Shown: positions 9,702 through 22,547, counted from the first letter of the stretch. The stretch is DNA of 64,000 bases from Acidimicrobiia bacterium (GCA_022828135.1 JAJEJB010000014.1:25079-89078), one strand, 5' to 3'. The notes: generated by a model not told the origin, from the sequence alone. Numbers and translations: made by a program.

Positions 9702-10190
9702 TCAGGGTTGTTCCGTTGCGTCGCTCTCCGGATCGTAGTGTTGACCGTCGGCGGTGAGTTCAGCCGCGATGGCGCGCCGTTCCGACTCGTCGACGTGCTT
9801 GAACGCCATCACATCAGTCAGCAGGAGCCTGCGACGGTTGCCGACACGCCGAAACGGAATCCTTCGCTGGTCCAGGAGCTTGACGAGATAGGGCCGCGAG
9901 ACGTTGAGCAGGTCCGCAGCCTGCTGAGTCGTGAGCTCCCTCTTGACCGGCGATACGGCGACCGCGTTGCCGCGAGCAGCCTGCGCCAACACCAGAATCA
10001 AGAGATCGAGGACCTCGACGGGCACTTCTGCGGTTGCCTCCTCCTCGCCGGACAGCGAGAGTGACACGCTTGAAGCCTCGGGATGCTGCTCCCGGAATTG
10101 CTTGAGAGTCCGAACCGCGTGCGCCGCCTGAGCAGTGGTTACCTCGTCGGGAACAATCAAGTGATGCGCTGAGCGCGAGCTGGCGTTCAT
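9702..10190 (-). CDS. excisionase-family helix-turn-helix DNA-binding protein
   Basis: Start moved to ATG 10190 (GGAGA SD) within track ORF 9702..10340. C-terminal TTQQAADLLNVSRPYLVKLLDQRRIPFRRVG HTH_17-type motif. Confidence 0.65.
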   Translation of the reverse strand: MNASSRSAHHLIVPDEVTTAQAAHAVRTLKQFREQHPEASSVSLSLSGEEEATAEVPVEVLDLLILVLAQAARGNAVAVSPVKRELTTQQAADLLNVSRPYLVKLLDQRRIPFRRVGNRRRLLLTDVMAFKHVDESERRAIAAELTADGQHYDPESDATEQP

Positions 10191-10381
10191 GTCTCCTCTA
10201 TCCTCGGCCGTTCGCCCTGGCCGCCCGGACAATATGAACCCTACTACTATTGATTGCTCCAGATGCCCGATCGTTCGTTCGATCACATGGCATGTTTGGC
10301 TGTTTCTGCAGAGAATTCGAAAGGGCTGGTCCACGTTCAAACAGAGGCATCTGCCTCGCCGGAGCTGTACCGTTGGCGGGA

Positions 10382-11422
10382 GTGCGAGGCGCCCTGTTCC
10401 GAGCCTTCAACGGACCGATCTCCGTAGAGGATCTTCCCGACCCGGCCGTGCCCCGCGACGGGGTCGTGATCGAGGTTCGGGCGTCTGGACTGTGCCGCAG
10501 CGACCTATTCGCCTGGCATGGCCACGACCCTGGCATCGCGCTGCCGCATGTGCCCGGACACGAACTGGCGGGCGTGGTGGCCGAGGCCGGGCCGGACACC
10601 GACCGCTGGTCGGCGGGCGACCGGGTGACCGCACCGTTCTGCTGCGGATGCGGCCGATGCGAGCAGTGCAGCGCGGGCAACGAGCAGATCTGCGACAACT
10701 ACTTCCAGCCCGGCTTCACCCACTGGGGCTCCTTCGCCCGCTACTGCGCGATCTCCCATGCCGACACCAATCTGGCTGTGCTGCCCGACGACCTCTCCTT
10801 CGAGCACGGCTCGATCCTCGGCTGCCGGATGATCACGGCCTACCGGGCATTGATCGAGCGGGCCCGGCTCAGGTCCGGCGAGTGGCTGGTGGTGCACGGC
10901 TGCGGTGGGCTCGGTCTGTGCATGGTGATGATCGGCGCAGCCGTCGGTGCTCGGGTCGTGGCCGTGGACATCGAGGAACCCGCCCTGAGGCTGGCGTCCG
11001 CCATGGGAGCGAACGCCACCGTTGTCGCTGATCCCGACGACGGCCGGGCCACGGTGGGCGCGGTGCGTGAGACGACCGGAGGAGGCGCCCACGTGTCAGT
11101 CGACGCACTGGGCAACGCCGACGTAGCCGCCAACTCGGTGCGCTGCCTGCGAAAGCAGGGCCGCCATGTCCAGGCCGGACTGCTGTCGGCACGGGCCACT
11201 GAGATGCCCATGGCCACCGTCATCACGAAGGAACTGGAGGTGCTCGGCACCAAGGGAATGTCCGCCCGCCAGTACCCCGCGCTGATGGACCTGATCGCAA
11301 CCACCGGCATGGATCTCGGGCTGCTGGTGAGCCGCACGATGGCACTGGAGGACCTGCCCGAGGCCTTCCGGACCATGGAGGGCTTCGGAGGCAGCGGCGT
11401 GGCCGTCGTCACCGAGTTCTAG
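10382..11422 (+). CDS. zinc-dependent alcohol dehydrogenase family protein
   Basis: Track ORF 10250..11422. Likely start is GTG 10382. GLCRSDL, GHELAG, the CGRCEQC structural-zinc cluster and the GCGGLG Rossmann motif. Confidence 0.85.
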   Translation: MRGALFRAFNGPISVEDLPDPAVPRDGVVIEVRASGLCRSDLFAWHGHDPGIALPHVPGHELAGVVAEAGPDTDRWSAGDRVTAPFCCGCGRCEQCSAGNEQICDNYFQPGFTHWGSFARYCAISHADTNLAVLPDDLSFEHGSILGCRMITAYRALIERARLRSGEWLVVHGCGGLGLCMVMIGAAVGARVVAVDIEEPALRLASAMGANATVVADPDDGRATVGAVRETTGGGAHVSVDALGNADVAANSVRCLRKQGRHVQAGLLSARATEMPMATVITKELEVLGTKGMSARQYPALMDLIATTGMDLGLLVSRTMALEDLPEAFRTMEGFGGSGVAVVTEF

Positions 11423-11536
11423 CGCGGCGTCCCTGGCCGGGTGCCTAGTGAGGCCCGGCCTAGAACCGGAAGACTGCACACAGACTCGGCAGAAGCGGAC
11501 GCAGGAGCACGGCCAGCCACGATTACGCTGACTGTC

Positions 11537-12763
11537 GTGGCCGAGGACGTCCTAGCCCCCGCAGAGGAGGACGCGTTCCGGGCTCGCTGCGGGGCCTTCC
11601 TCGACGAGCACGCCACCGGCATCGACCTAGGCGGCCGGCCCGACCCTCGGGGCGAGCTGCGCCTGCGGGCGGCCCAGCAGTTCCAGAAGGCGCTGGCCGC
11701 CGCCGGGCTGGCCGGGCTGACCTACCCCGCCGAGTACGGTGGTGCCGGGCTCACCAAGGCCCACGAGAAGGTCTGGCGCGACGAGTACAGCCGCTATCCC
11801 AACATGACCTACGACCTGCTCATTTCGCACGGGATGTGCCTGCCCATGATGGCCGAGTACGGCACCCACACCCAGAAGTCCGCCCACCTGGCCCGCATCA
11901 TCTCCGCGGAGGACGTGTGGTGCCAGATGTTCTCCGAGCCCGGCGCCGGCTCCGACGTCGCCAGCCTCCAGACCGGGGCCGAGCGCGACGGCGACGAGTG
12001 GATCGTCAACGGCCAGAAGGTCTGGACCACCCTGGCCCACCTGTGCTCCTACGGGATCATCATCGCCCGCACAGACCCCGACGTCCCCAAGCACGCTGGC
12101 ATCTCGATGTTCATCGTCCCCATGGACGCCGACGGCGTGGAAGTCCGCCCCATCCACCAGATCGACGGTGGCACCCACTTCAACGAGGTGTTCTTCACGG
12201 ACGTGCGCATCGGTGCCGGCAACCTGCTCGGCGACCTCAACAACGGGTGGCGCATGGCCACCGCCATGCTCATGTACGAGCGGGTGGCCATCGGCTCGGG
12301 CACCACGGGCGGGATAACCACCGACCGCACCGACCGGCTGATCGACGCGGCCCGCAAGCGGGGCCTAGAGCGCGACCCGGCCCTGCGTCAGAAGCTGATG
12401 CGGCTGCGCATCCTGGAGACCTGTCTCTCGCTGGTGGCCATGCGCACGCGGGCCGAGCTCAAGGCCGGGCGCACTCCCGGCCCGGGCGGCTCGGTCGGCA
12501 AGCTGGCCACCGTGCAGATCGCGGACCTTCATACGGAGGTGTCCATGGCCATCGCCGGGGCCTCCGGCGTGGCCTGGGAGGACGACGCCGACGGCCACTG
12601 GCAGCGCCAGGCCCTCACCTCGCTCCAGGCCGGGATCGCCGGCGGGACATCGGAGATCCAGCGCAACATCATCGGCGACCGGGTGCTGGGCCTGCCCCGC
12701 GACATAAGCGTCGACCGGGGCGTGCCCTTCAAGGAACTCAAAGTCGGCACCCAGACCGGCTGA
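11537..12763 (+). CDS. acyl-CoA dehydrogenase family protein
   Basis: Track ORF 11441..12763. Start uncertain (GTG 11537 proposed). CQMFSEPGAGSDVASL and GGTSEIQRNIIGDRVLGLP motifs. Confidence 0.85.
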   Translation: MAEDVLAPAEEDAFRARCGAFLDEHATGIDLGGRPDPRGELRLRAAQQFQKALAAAGLAGLTYPAEYGGAGLTKAHEKVWRDEYSRYPNMTYDLLISHGMCLPMMAEYGTHTQKSAHLARIISAEDVWCQMFSEPGAGSDVASLQTGAERDGDEWIVNGQKVWTTLAHLCSYGIIIARTDPDVPKHAGISMFIVPMDADGVEVRPIHQIDGGTHFNEVFFTDVRIGAGNLLGDLNNGWRMATAMLMYERVAIGSGTTGGITTDRTDRLIDAARKRGLERDPALRQKLMRLRILETCLSLVAMRTRAELKAGRTPGPGGSVGKLATVQIADLHTEVSMAIAGASGVAWEDDADGHWQRQALTSLQAGIAGGTSEIQRNIIGDRVLGLPRDISVDRGVPFKELKVGTQTG

Positions 12764-12783
12764 GCGCCGGCCCAGCCGAACTC

Positions 12784-12820
12784 GATGTAGTTGTCCTCAC
12801 TGGATGAGGTCAACTACATC
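12784..12820. terminator. long near-perfect hairpin between convergent genes (possible bidirectional terminator or protein-binding palindrome)
   Basis: GATGTAGTTGTCCTCA-CTGGA-TGAGGTCAACTACATC: 15 paired positions, one T:T mismatch, 5-nt loop. No U-tract. Confidence 0.45.
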
Positions 12821-12863
12821 AAGAACGCCGCGGCGGCGGGCCCGGCTGGCGCCGACCGGGCCG

Positions 12864-13325
12864 CTACAGCAGGTGGCGGGTGGTCTGGTAGACGGTGCGG
12901 ATCGCGAAGTTTGAGCGCAGCCGGGCCACGCCGGCGAGCCGGGACAGGTGCTGGTTGTGGATGCGCTCGAAGTCGCGGTGGTCCTGCACAGCCAGGTGCA
13001 CCAGGTAGTCGGCGTCGCCCGCCACCAGGTGGCATGACATGACCTCCGGACAGTCGCGCACCTCCTCCTCGAAGCGGCGCAGCGACTCCTCGCTCTGGCT
13101 GACCAGGGAGACCTCCACGAACACGTCCAGATCCCTGCCGATGGCCTCGGTGTCGAGGATCATCACATAGCCGGCGATGACGCCGTCGGCCTCCAGCCGG
13201 CGCACCCGCCGATGGCAGGCCGACGTGGACAGCCCTATGCGCGATGCCAACTCGGCATGTGACACCCGCCCGTCGATCTGCAATTCGTTGAGGATGAGCC
13301 GGTCGGTCAGATCGATTTCGTGCAT
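12864..13325 (-). CDS. Lrp/AsnC family transcriptional regulator
   Basis: Start moved to ATG 13325 (MHEIDLTDRLILNELQIDGRVSHAELA...). Divergent from ald, as for AldR-type regulators. Confidence 0.85.
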   Translation of the reverse strand: MHEIDLTDRLILNELQIDGRVSHAELASRIGLSTSACHRRVRRLEADGVIAGYVMILDTEAIGRDLDVFVEVSLVSQSEESLRRFEEEVRDCPEVMSCHLVAGDADYLVHLAVQDHRDFERIHNQHLSRLAGVARLRSNFAIRTVYQTTRHLL

Positions 13326-13387
13326 AGGAATATTTTGCGTTGAACTGCTTGGAACATGCAAGTATTGAGCGCCACTACCACTGTTCA

Positions 13388-13401
13388 GGGCAAGATTGCC
13401 C
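13388..13401. promoter_or_regulatory. 14-bp palindrome GGGCAAGATTGCCC in the Lrp/ald divergent intergenic region
   Basis: Read directly. A TAATAT -10-like box at 13425-13430 and a GGTGGAGGGG SD precede the ald ATG at 13460. Confidence 0.3.
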
Positions 13402-13459
13402 AAAATATGTCTCATCTGCGCGTGTAATATTTCACTAGTCGCAGGTGGAGGGGTCCAAC

Positions 13460-14575
13460 ATGCGCATTGGGGTGCCCAGGGAGGTCAAGAGTGAGGAGCG
13501 CCGCGTCGGGCTGACTCCCGACAGCGTGCGCGAAGTCACCGACCGCGGTCACGAGGTATACGTCGAGCGGGGCGCGGGCACGGGCGCCGGGTTCGACGAC
13601 GACGAGTACAAGGACCGCGGCGCCATCATGGTGCCCACCGCCGACGACCTCTTCGAGACTGCCAAGCTGATAGTGAAGGTCAAGGAGCCCCAGGCGACCG
13701 AGCGCGCCCTCCTGAGGGCCGACCACACGCTGTTCACCTACCTGCATCTCGCTCCCGACCCCGATCAGGCCAACGACCTGCTCGGCAGCGGAGCCACCGC
13801 CATCGCCTACGAGTCGGTCACCGACCGCAAAGGCCGACTCCCCCTGCTCGCCCCCATGTCCCAGGTGGCGGGCCGCCTGGCCATCCAGGCCGGCGCCCGC
13901 TGCCTGGAGGCATCCGCGGGCGGCCGGGGAGTGCTGCTGGGCGGGGTTCCCGGTGTGGCCGCGGCTCCGGTCACGGTGATCGGCGGCGGGGTGGTCGGCA
14001 CCAACGCGGTGGAGATGGCTTTGGGGCTCGGGGCCGACGTGACCGTGCTGGACCGCGACATGGCCGTGCTCGAATCGCTGGCCGCCCGCTTCGGTCCGGC
14101 CCTGCGCACCCTGTACTCCAGCCCCAGCCGGCTGGCCCAGGCCGTGTTCACCGCCGATCTGGTGATCGGGGCCGTGCTGCTGCCCGGCGCCAGGGCGCCC
14201 CGGCTGATCACCAGACAGATGGTGAGGGTCATGCGGCCCGGCACCGTCATCGTGGACGTGGCCATCGACCAGGGCGGCTGCGCCGAGACGTCCAGGCCCA
14301 CCACCCACGCCGAGCCCACCTACGTGGTCGACGACGTGGTCCACTACTGCGTGGCCAACATGCCCGGCGCGGTCCCCCGCACCTCCACCCAGGCCCTCAA
14401 CAACGCGACGCTCCCCTACGTGCTGAAGCTGGCCGACCAGGGAGTCGTCGAGGCCATCGCGGCCGACAAGGGCCTGCAGGACGGCCTCAGCGTGCGCCAC
14501 GGCCGGATCACCGAGCCCGCCGTGGCCGACGCCCTGGGCCTGGAATACACCGAGCCCCTCGACACCCTGGGCTGA
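13460..14575 (+). CDS. ald: alanine dehydrogenase
   Basis: [10 protein letters not shown]...ERRVGLTP N-terminus, [11 protein letters not shown]-binding motif, about 371 aa. Confidence 0.92.
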   Translation: MRIGVPREVKSEERRVGLTPDSVREVTDRGHEVYVERGAGTGAGFDDDEYKDRGAIMVPTADDLFETAKLIVKVKEPQATERALLRADHTLFTYLHLAPDPDQANDLLGSGATAIAYESVTDRKGRLPLLAPMSQVAGRLAIQAGARCLEASAGGRGVLLGGVPGVAAAPVTVIGGGVVGTNAVEMALGLGADVTVLDRDMAVLESLAARFGPALRTLYSSPSRLAQAVFTADLVIGAVLLPGARAPRLITRQMVRVMRPGTVIVDVAIDQGGCAETSRPTTHAEPTYVVDDVVHYCVANMPGAVPRTSTQALNNATLPYVLKLADQGVVEAIAADKGLQDGLSVRHGRITEPAVADALGLEYTEPLDTLG

Positions 14576-14605
14576 ACCGGCCCGGACGGGCCGCAGCCCG
14601 GCCGG

Positions 14606-15499
14606 CTACTCGTTCAGGTGCATGGCCACGGCCAGGTTCGACCCGATCACCGCGACCCCCACTGCGATCGCCACGACGAGCAGGTTGACCTGCAGCATGG
14701 CGGCGTCGTCGACCTTGAAGCCAGCCAGCAACTGCAGGCCGTCGGCGTCGCTGAACTGATCGATCACGTAGTTCCGCAACAGCGAGTTGCTGATCATGGC
14801 CACGATGGCGCCGAGCAGACCCTGCACCAGCCCCTCAAGCATGAAGGGCACGCGGATGAACCACTTCGTGGCCCCCACCAGGCGCATGATCTCTATCTCG
14901 GGGCGCCGGTTGCCGATGGCCACCGCCAGCGTGTTGAGTATCAGGAGCGTCGAGGCGCCGAGCAGGACGATCGAGCCGATGAACAGAACGCGTCCGGCCC
15001 GGTTCGACAGGTTCTGCACATCGCGGATCACGTCACCCGCGAAGGTGACCGTGCGAACCCCGGGCTTCCCCTTGAACTGGCTGCCCAGCTCCTCCACCAC
15101 GTCGGGGTCGGGGTCGGTCGGCACCACCCGGTAGTACGGGGGAACACCCTCGGCGGTGAAGATCTCCAGCACCTCAGGCGTGTCCTCGAAGAACTCCTTG
15201 AATTCCTCGTAGGACTGCTGGCGGTCGATGTACTCCCATCTGTCCACGCCCGGGCTCTCATCGAGCTGGTTCCGGACGCTGGAGTCCTCGTCGGTGCCGG
15301 CGTCGGTGTTCATCCACACGATGAACTCGACGCCGTCCTGCCAGCGGGCGGTGGCGCTGTCCACGGCCACCTGGAACAGCATGAAGCCGCCGAACATGGC
15401 CAGCGACACCCCCACCGTGACCACGGTGGCCACCGCCAGCAGGATGTTGCGCCACAGGTTCTGACCCGTCTCGCGCAGTACGTATCGGAAGCTGAACAC
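14606..15499 (-). CDS. ftsX: cell division ABC transporter permease FtsX
   Basis: 297 aa. 4-TM FtsX architecture with a large first extracytoplasmic loop. Downstream of ftsE. Confidence 0.88.
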   Translation of the reverse strand: MFSFRYVLRETGQNLWRNILLAVATVVTVGVSLAMFGGFMLFQVAVDSATARWQDGVEFIVWMNTDAGTDEDSSVRNQLDESPGVDRWEYIDRQQSYEEFKEFFEDTPEVLEIFTAEGVPPYYRVVPTDPDPDVVEELGSQFKGKPGVRTVTFAGDVIRDVQNLSNRAGRVLFIGSIVLLGASTLLILNTLAVAIGNRRPEIEIMRLVGATKWFIRVPFMLEGLVQGLLGAIVAMISNSLLRNYVIDQFSDADGLQLLAGFKVDDAAMLQVNLLVVAIAVGVAVIGSNLAVAMHLNE

Positions 15500-15544
15500 C
15501 GGGGCCTACCCGCGACGGGGCACGAAGCTGAACACCGCTTCTCG

Positions 15545-16222
15545 CTACTCGTAGACGCCTCGGGCCTGGTCGCGCACGACCATCCCCCGGTCGAGCTCGA
15601 CCACCCGCTGCCGCATGCTGTCGACGACGCTGCTGTCGTGGGTGGCCATCACCACGGTCGTGCCGATCTCGTTGATCCGCTCCAGCAGGCGCATGATGCC
15701 CACCGACGTCGTCGGATCGAGGTTCCCGGTGGGCTCGTCGGCCAGCAGGATCAGCGGCCGGTTGACGAAGGCCCGGGCGATCGACACCCGCTGCTGCTCG
15801 CCTCCTGAGAGCTCGCGGGGGAAGCGGTCCATCTTGCGGGACAACCCGACCAGTTCCAGGATGGCGGGCACCTGGCGGTTGATGACCTGGGGGCCCTTGC
15901 CGATCACCTCCAGCGCGAAGGCCACGTTCTCGGCCACCGTCTTCTTCTGGAGGAGCTTGAAGTCCTGGAACACATAGCCGATGTTGCGCCGCAGGTAGGG
16001 CACCCTCCAGCCGCTGAGCCCGCCGATGTCGCGGCCGGCCACGAAGATCCGGCCGTGCTCGGGCACGTCCTCGCGGTTGAGCAGGCGGATGAAGGTGGAC
16101 TTGCCGGAGCCGGACGGACCCACCAGGAAGACGAACTCCCCCTTGCCGATGTCGATGGTCACATCGCGCAGGGCCACCACGTCGCCCTTGAAGACTTTCG
16201 TGACCTTCTCCATCTTGATCAT
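15545..16222 (-). CDS. ftsE: cell division ATP-binding protein FtsE
   Basis: Start at ATG 16222 ([11 protein letters not shown]). GPSGSGKST Walker A, LSGGEQQR signature, [12 protein letters not shown] Walker B. ATGA overlap with the prfB stop. Confidence 0.92.
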   Translation of the reverse strand: MIKMEKVTKVFKGDVVALRDVTIDIGKGEFVFLVGPSGSGKSTFIRLLNREDVPEHGRIFVAGRDIGGLSGWRVPYLRRNIGYVFQDFKLLQKKTVAENVAFALEVIGKGPQVINRQVPAILELVGLSRKMDRFPRELSGGEQQRVSIARAFVNRPLILLADEPTGNLDPTTSVGIMRLLERINEIGTTVVMATHDSSVVDSMRQRVVELDRGMVVRDQARGVYE

Positions 16223-17391
16223 CAGGCGTCGCCTCCAGCGGCCTTCGGTGACGTGGCGACAGTACCAGCCCCCTCGATTGAGCCCGCGGCACCGGTGGCC
16301 CGGCTCCATCGGAGCCAGGACTCCATGAACGGATCGAGATCCCCGCCAAGCACCGCGTCGACGTTGGGGGTCTCATGGCGGGTGCGCTGGTCCTTCACCA
16401 TCTGGTAGGGCTGCATCACATAGCTGCGTATCTGGCTTCCGAAACCCACCTTCCGCTGCTCGCCCTTGATGCCGGCTATCTCGTCGGCGAGCCTCTTGCG
16501 CTCCAGGTTGAGCAGCTTCGCGGCCAGCATCTGCATGGCCCGTTCCTTGTTCTGGTGCTGGCTGCGCTCGTTCTGGCAGCTGGTGACGATCCCGGTGGGC
16601 AGGTGCGTTATCCGCACCGCCGAGTCGGTGACGTTGACGTGCTGGCCCCCGGCCCCCGAGGAGCGGTAGGTGTCGACGCGCAGATCCTTCTCGTCGATGT
16701 TCACCTCGTCGGAGACCTCCTCGAAGAAGGGGGCGACGTCGACCGCGGTGAACGCCGTCTGGCGCTTGCCCTCGTTGTTGAACGGGGAGATGCGCACCAG
16801 GCGGTGCACGCCGTGCTCGGAGCGCATCCAGCCGTAGGCACAGCGGCCCTTCACCAGGAAGTCCACGCTGGAGTACCCGGCCTCGGTGCCCTCCGAGAGG
16901 GCGGTCACCTCCAGCTCGAAGCCGCGGCGCTCGGCCCAGCGGCGGTACATCCGCAGCAGCATCTCGGCCCAGTCCTGCGAGTCTGTGCCGCCCTCGCCCG
17001 ACTTGATCTGGCAGACGGCGTCCCGCTCGTCGAACTCGCCGGTGAACAGCGACCGCAGCTCGAGCTCGTCGAAGAGAGCGGCGATGTCGGCCACCAGCCT
17101 CGCGATCTCGGCCTCCTCGGAGGCGTCCCCCTCCTCCACGGCGAGTTGGTTGAGGGTCTCCGCGTCGGAGATCCCGTCAGCCAGCCGTTCGAACATCGCC
17201 AGGTCGTCGCTGATCGAAGCCAGCTCGGAGGTCACGGCCCGGGCCCGTTCGGGCTGATCCCACAGATCGGGGCGTGACGACTCAGCCTCGAGCTGCGGGA
17301 GCCGGAGCCGCAATGCGTCGATGCGAAGATAGGCCTCGGCCTCCTCGAGGCGACCGCGCAGCCGGCGCAGATCGTCGCTGAAGTCCTGCAC
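16222..17391 (-). CDS. prfB: peptide chain release factor 2
   Basis: 389 aa. SPF-region and GGQHVN motifs. Single uninterrupted ORF with a GTG start. Confidence 0.93.
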   Translation of the reverse strand: MQDFSDDLRRLRGRLEEAEAYLRIDALRLRLPQLEAESSRPDLWDQPERARAVTSELASISDDLAMFERLADGISDAETLNQLAVEEGDASEEAEIARLVADIAALFDELELRSLFTGEFDERDAVCQIKSGEGGTDSQDWAEMLLRMYRRWAERRGFELEVTALSEGTEAGYSSVDFLVKGRCAYGWMRSEHGVHRLVRISPFNNEGKRQTAFTAVDVAPFFEEVSDEVNIDEKDLRVDTYRSSGAGGQHVNVTDSAVRITHLPTGIVTSCQNERSQHQNKERAMQMLAAKLLNLERKRLADEIAGIKGEQRKVGFGSQIRSYVMQPYQMVKDQRTRHETPNVDAVLGGDLDPFMESWLRWSRATGAAGSIEGAGTVATSPKAAGGDA

Positions 17392-17502
17392 CGCGTGTCA
17401 CCCGCTCTTGTTCGCTGCGCTCACGGGCCGCTCGGGCCACGGCCTCGCTCGGCGCATCGCCATAGTGCTCATGAAACTGCTGTCCATCCGCTCGGCCTCT
17501 GG

Positions 17503-20244
<2,742 letters not shown>

Positions 20245-20265
20245 CGGTACGGCCCCGCTGCCTGT

Positions 20266-20856
20266 TCAGCCGGCCTCGTCGATGAGGCCCACAGCACCGT
20301 CGTCGCGCCGGTACACGACCGCGGAGCGCCCCGTGGCCGAGTTGATGAAGAAGAAGAAGCCGTGGCCCATCAGATCCATCTTCAGCGCGGCGTCTTCGGG
20401 ACTGAGCGGGCCGAGGTGGAACCGCTTGGTCTTGACGATCCTCAACTCCGGCTCGGTGTCGCCGCTGTCGACCGCGCCGGAGCCCTCGACCGCCTCGGGG
20501 ATCGGCTGAACCTCGCCGTCACTGCTGGTTCGTATCGTGTCGCCGCGGCCGCGGTGGCGGTTCTGCAGCTTGGTCCGCAGCTTGCGGATCTGGCGCTCCA
20601 GCTTGGCCTCGGCGAGGTCCACGGCGGTGAAGGCGTCGGGGGCGTTCACCTTGCAGCGCAGATGGTGGCCGTGCCCCGTCAGGGTCACCTCGCAGGTCTG
20701 GTGGTCGACGATGCGAGGATTGCGGGCCTCGTCGAAGTGCACCTCGGCGGTGTCCAGATCGTCCAGGTACCGGTCGAGCTGCCCGATCTTGGCCCTCACG
20801 GCCTCCTCGAGGCCCGGGGTGATGTCTGTGTGGCGGCTGCTGATCGATATCTCCAC
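20266..20856 (-). CDS. hpf: ribosome hibernation promoting factor (long HPF)
   Basis: Track ORF 20266..20862. GTG 20856 has proper spacing from an AGGAGG SD. N-terminal (M)EISISSRH... matches HPF/RaiA, and a C-terminal dimerisation domain is present. Confidence 0.88.
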   Translation of the reverse strand: MEISISSRHTDITPGLEEAVRAKIGQLDRYLDDLDTAEVHFDEARNPRIVDHQTCEVTLTGHGHHLRCKVNAPDAFTAVDLAEAKLERQIRKLRTKLQNRHRGRGDTIRTSSDGEVQPIPEAVEGSGAVDSGDTEPELRIVKTKRFHLGPLSPEDAALKMDLMGHGFFFFINSATGRSAVVYRRDDGAVGLIDEAG

Positions 20857-20886
20857 GTCCAACCTCCTGTGGCTTCCGATGCGCCC

Positions 20887-21432
20887 TCATGGTAGAGGTA
20901 GCGCGACGGGCTGCCGCGGTGCCGCGGGCGCCACCGTGGCCACCGCAGCCACCACCGCCGCCGCGCCGCCGGCCCTGAGTGCAGTGGCCGCGACCCGCAG
21001 CGTCGAGCCGGTGGTGCACACGTCGTCGACGACCAGGATCAGACCGCCCAACCGGCCGCGCCGGACCGCCATCGTGGGACCCTCCAGGCGCCCCTGGAAG
21101 GACCGGGAAGTCTGGGGCTCGTCGTCCAGCCGGCGCAGCAGCCGGCGAGCCCGCAACCCCAGGCGCCGGGCGTAGGCCCGGGCCAGGAGCTCGGCCGGAT
21201 CGAAGCCGCGCTCGCGGCGGCGCGTCGGGCTGCAGGGAACCCAGGTGACCAGGTCCGGAGCCTGCCCGGCGGACGCGACCGCTGCCATCCGGTCGGCGAT
21301 CAGGGTGACCACGGAGGTCTTGCGTCCGTACTTGAGAGCCCGCACCAACTCGGCCGCGGCGCCCTCGTGGCACCAGCCGGCCCACAGGGCGTCCACGCCG
21401 TCGATCCGCACGTCCTGCATCCGGGCAAGCAT
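20887..21432 (-). CDS. ComF-family phosphoribosyltransferase-like protein
   Basis: 181 aa. ILVVDDVCTTGSTL PRTase motif. Conserved comF-hpf-secA neighbourhood. Confidence 0.72.
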   Translation of the reverse strand: MLARMQDVRIDGVDALWAGWCHEGAAAELVRALKYGRKTSVVTLIADRMAAVASAGQAPDLVTWVPCSPTRRRERGFDPAELLARAYARRLGLRARRLLRRLDDEPQTSRSFQGRLEGPTMAVRRGRLGGLILVVDDVCTTGSTLRVAATALRAGGAAAVVAAVATVAPAAPRQPVALPLP

Positions 21433-21500
21433 AGCCCTACTAGATCGAAAAATCTTGAAAAATATGGAAACTTATTGAAGATTGGGTGGCTGTGGATGCA

Positions 21501-22517
21501 TCATGGCACGGCGCCGGCATCGGCGGCGGTGATGTGCCCCTCGTCGCGCAGCCAGGCGATGGAGTCGGCCATGGAGTCCCCGGTGGAGCGAAGGGTTACG
21601 CCGGTGTCCTGCTCGGTGAAGGAGTTGTCGCCGGCGCAGGTGTTGTACATGTACTCCACGCCCTCGGAGGTGAGGATCAGGTCGAGGCCGAAGCGGCGGG
21701 TGAGGTCGCCCATCCGGCCCCACGCCGAGAACATCGCCTTGGGCATCGACACCGACTTCAGGTCCCGCCCCGTCACCTCGCACAGCACCGACAGCAGCTC
21801 GTCGGCGCTGAGGTGGTGGCCGAACATCACGTAGCGCTTCGGACCGCGGCCGACCCGCATGGACGCGGCTACCACCGCGGCTATGTCCCGCACGTCGACC
21901 AGGTTCATCGTGTATCCCGACGAGCGCATGAAGGGTTTGGTGAGCCACAGCTTGAGCGGCTTGAACTGGGTTGACTCGCCGTAGTCGCCCGGGCCGAACA
22001 CGCCGCCGGGGTAGACGATGACCACGCCGTGCCCCGAGTCTTGGAGCCGCCGGGCCAGGCGCTCGCTGTCGGCCTTGGACCGCGCGTAGGGCATGCGGGA
22101 GCTCCCCACCGGATGGTCGGCGGTCACGGGGTCGGTGCTGAACGGGAACAGCGCCGCGGTGCTGGACACATGCACGATGGGATCGCAGCCGGCATCCGCG
22201 GCGGAGCCCAGCACGTTGAGGGCACCCGCGAAGTTGCTGGCCTCGATGTCGGCCTCGGAGCTCGGGTCGGTTCCCACCACCGCGGCCGCGTGCGCCACCG
22301 CGTCGCAGCCTTCGATGGCGGCCGTGACCGCCACCGCGTCGGCGATGTCACCCTCGGTTGTCTCGAGCGAGGCGAGGTCCACCCCCACCCGGGCGGTGAC
22401 CGTTTCGAGCTTGGCCGGCGTGCGCACCAGGGCCCGCACGGTGTGGCCCGCGTCCTGAAGGGCCTTGGCCACGTGGGATCCCACGAAGCCGGTTGCGCCG
22501 GTGACTAGGACTCTCAT
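21501..22517 (-). CDS. NAD-dependent epimerase/dehydratase (extended SDR) family protein
   Basis: MRVLVTGATGFVGSH Rossmann motif. YARSK catalytic YxxxK. Confidence 0.8.
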   Translation of the reverse strand: MRVLVTGATGFVGSHVAKALQDAGHTVRALVRTPAKLETVTARVGVDLASLETTEGDIADAVAVTAAIEGCDAVAHAAAVVGTDPSSEADIEASNFAGALNVLGSAADAGCDPIVHVSSTAALFPFSTDPVTADHPVGSSRMPYARSKADSERLARRLQDSGHGVVIVYPGGVFGPGDYGESTQFKPLKLWLTKPFMRSSGYTMNLVDVRDIAAVVAASMRVGRGPKRYVMFGHHLSADELLSVLCEVTGRDLKSVSMPKAMFSAWGRMGDLTRRFGLDLILTSEGVEYMYNTCAGDNSFTEQDTGVTLRSTGDSMADSIAWLRDEGHITAADAGAVP

Positions 22518-22547
22518 GCTCTGCCTCCCGGAGGGGGTCTGAGAAGA

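Noticed and set aside
14578-14593. Short GC hairpin CGGCCC-GGAC-GGGCCG after the ald stop
   Set aside because: It is a 6-bp stem without a U-tract in a GC-rich genome, so it is too weak to call a terminator.
17392-17502. Possible terminator or attenuator between secA and prfB
   Set aside because: Only short GGCC-type stems are present, with no convincing hairpin or U-tract.
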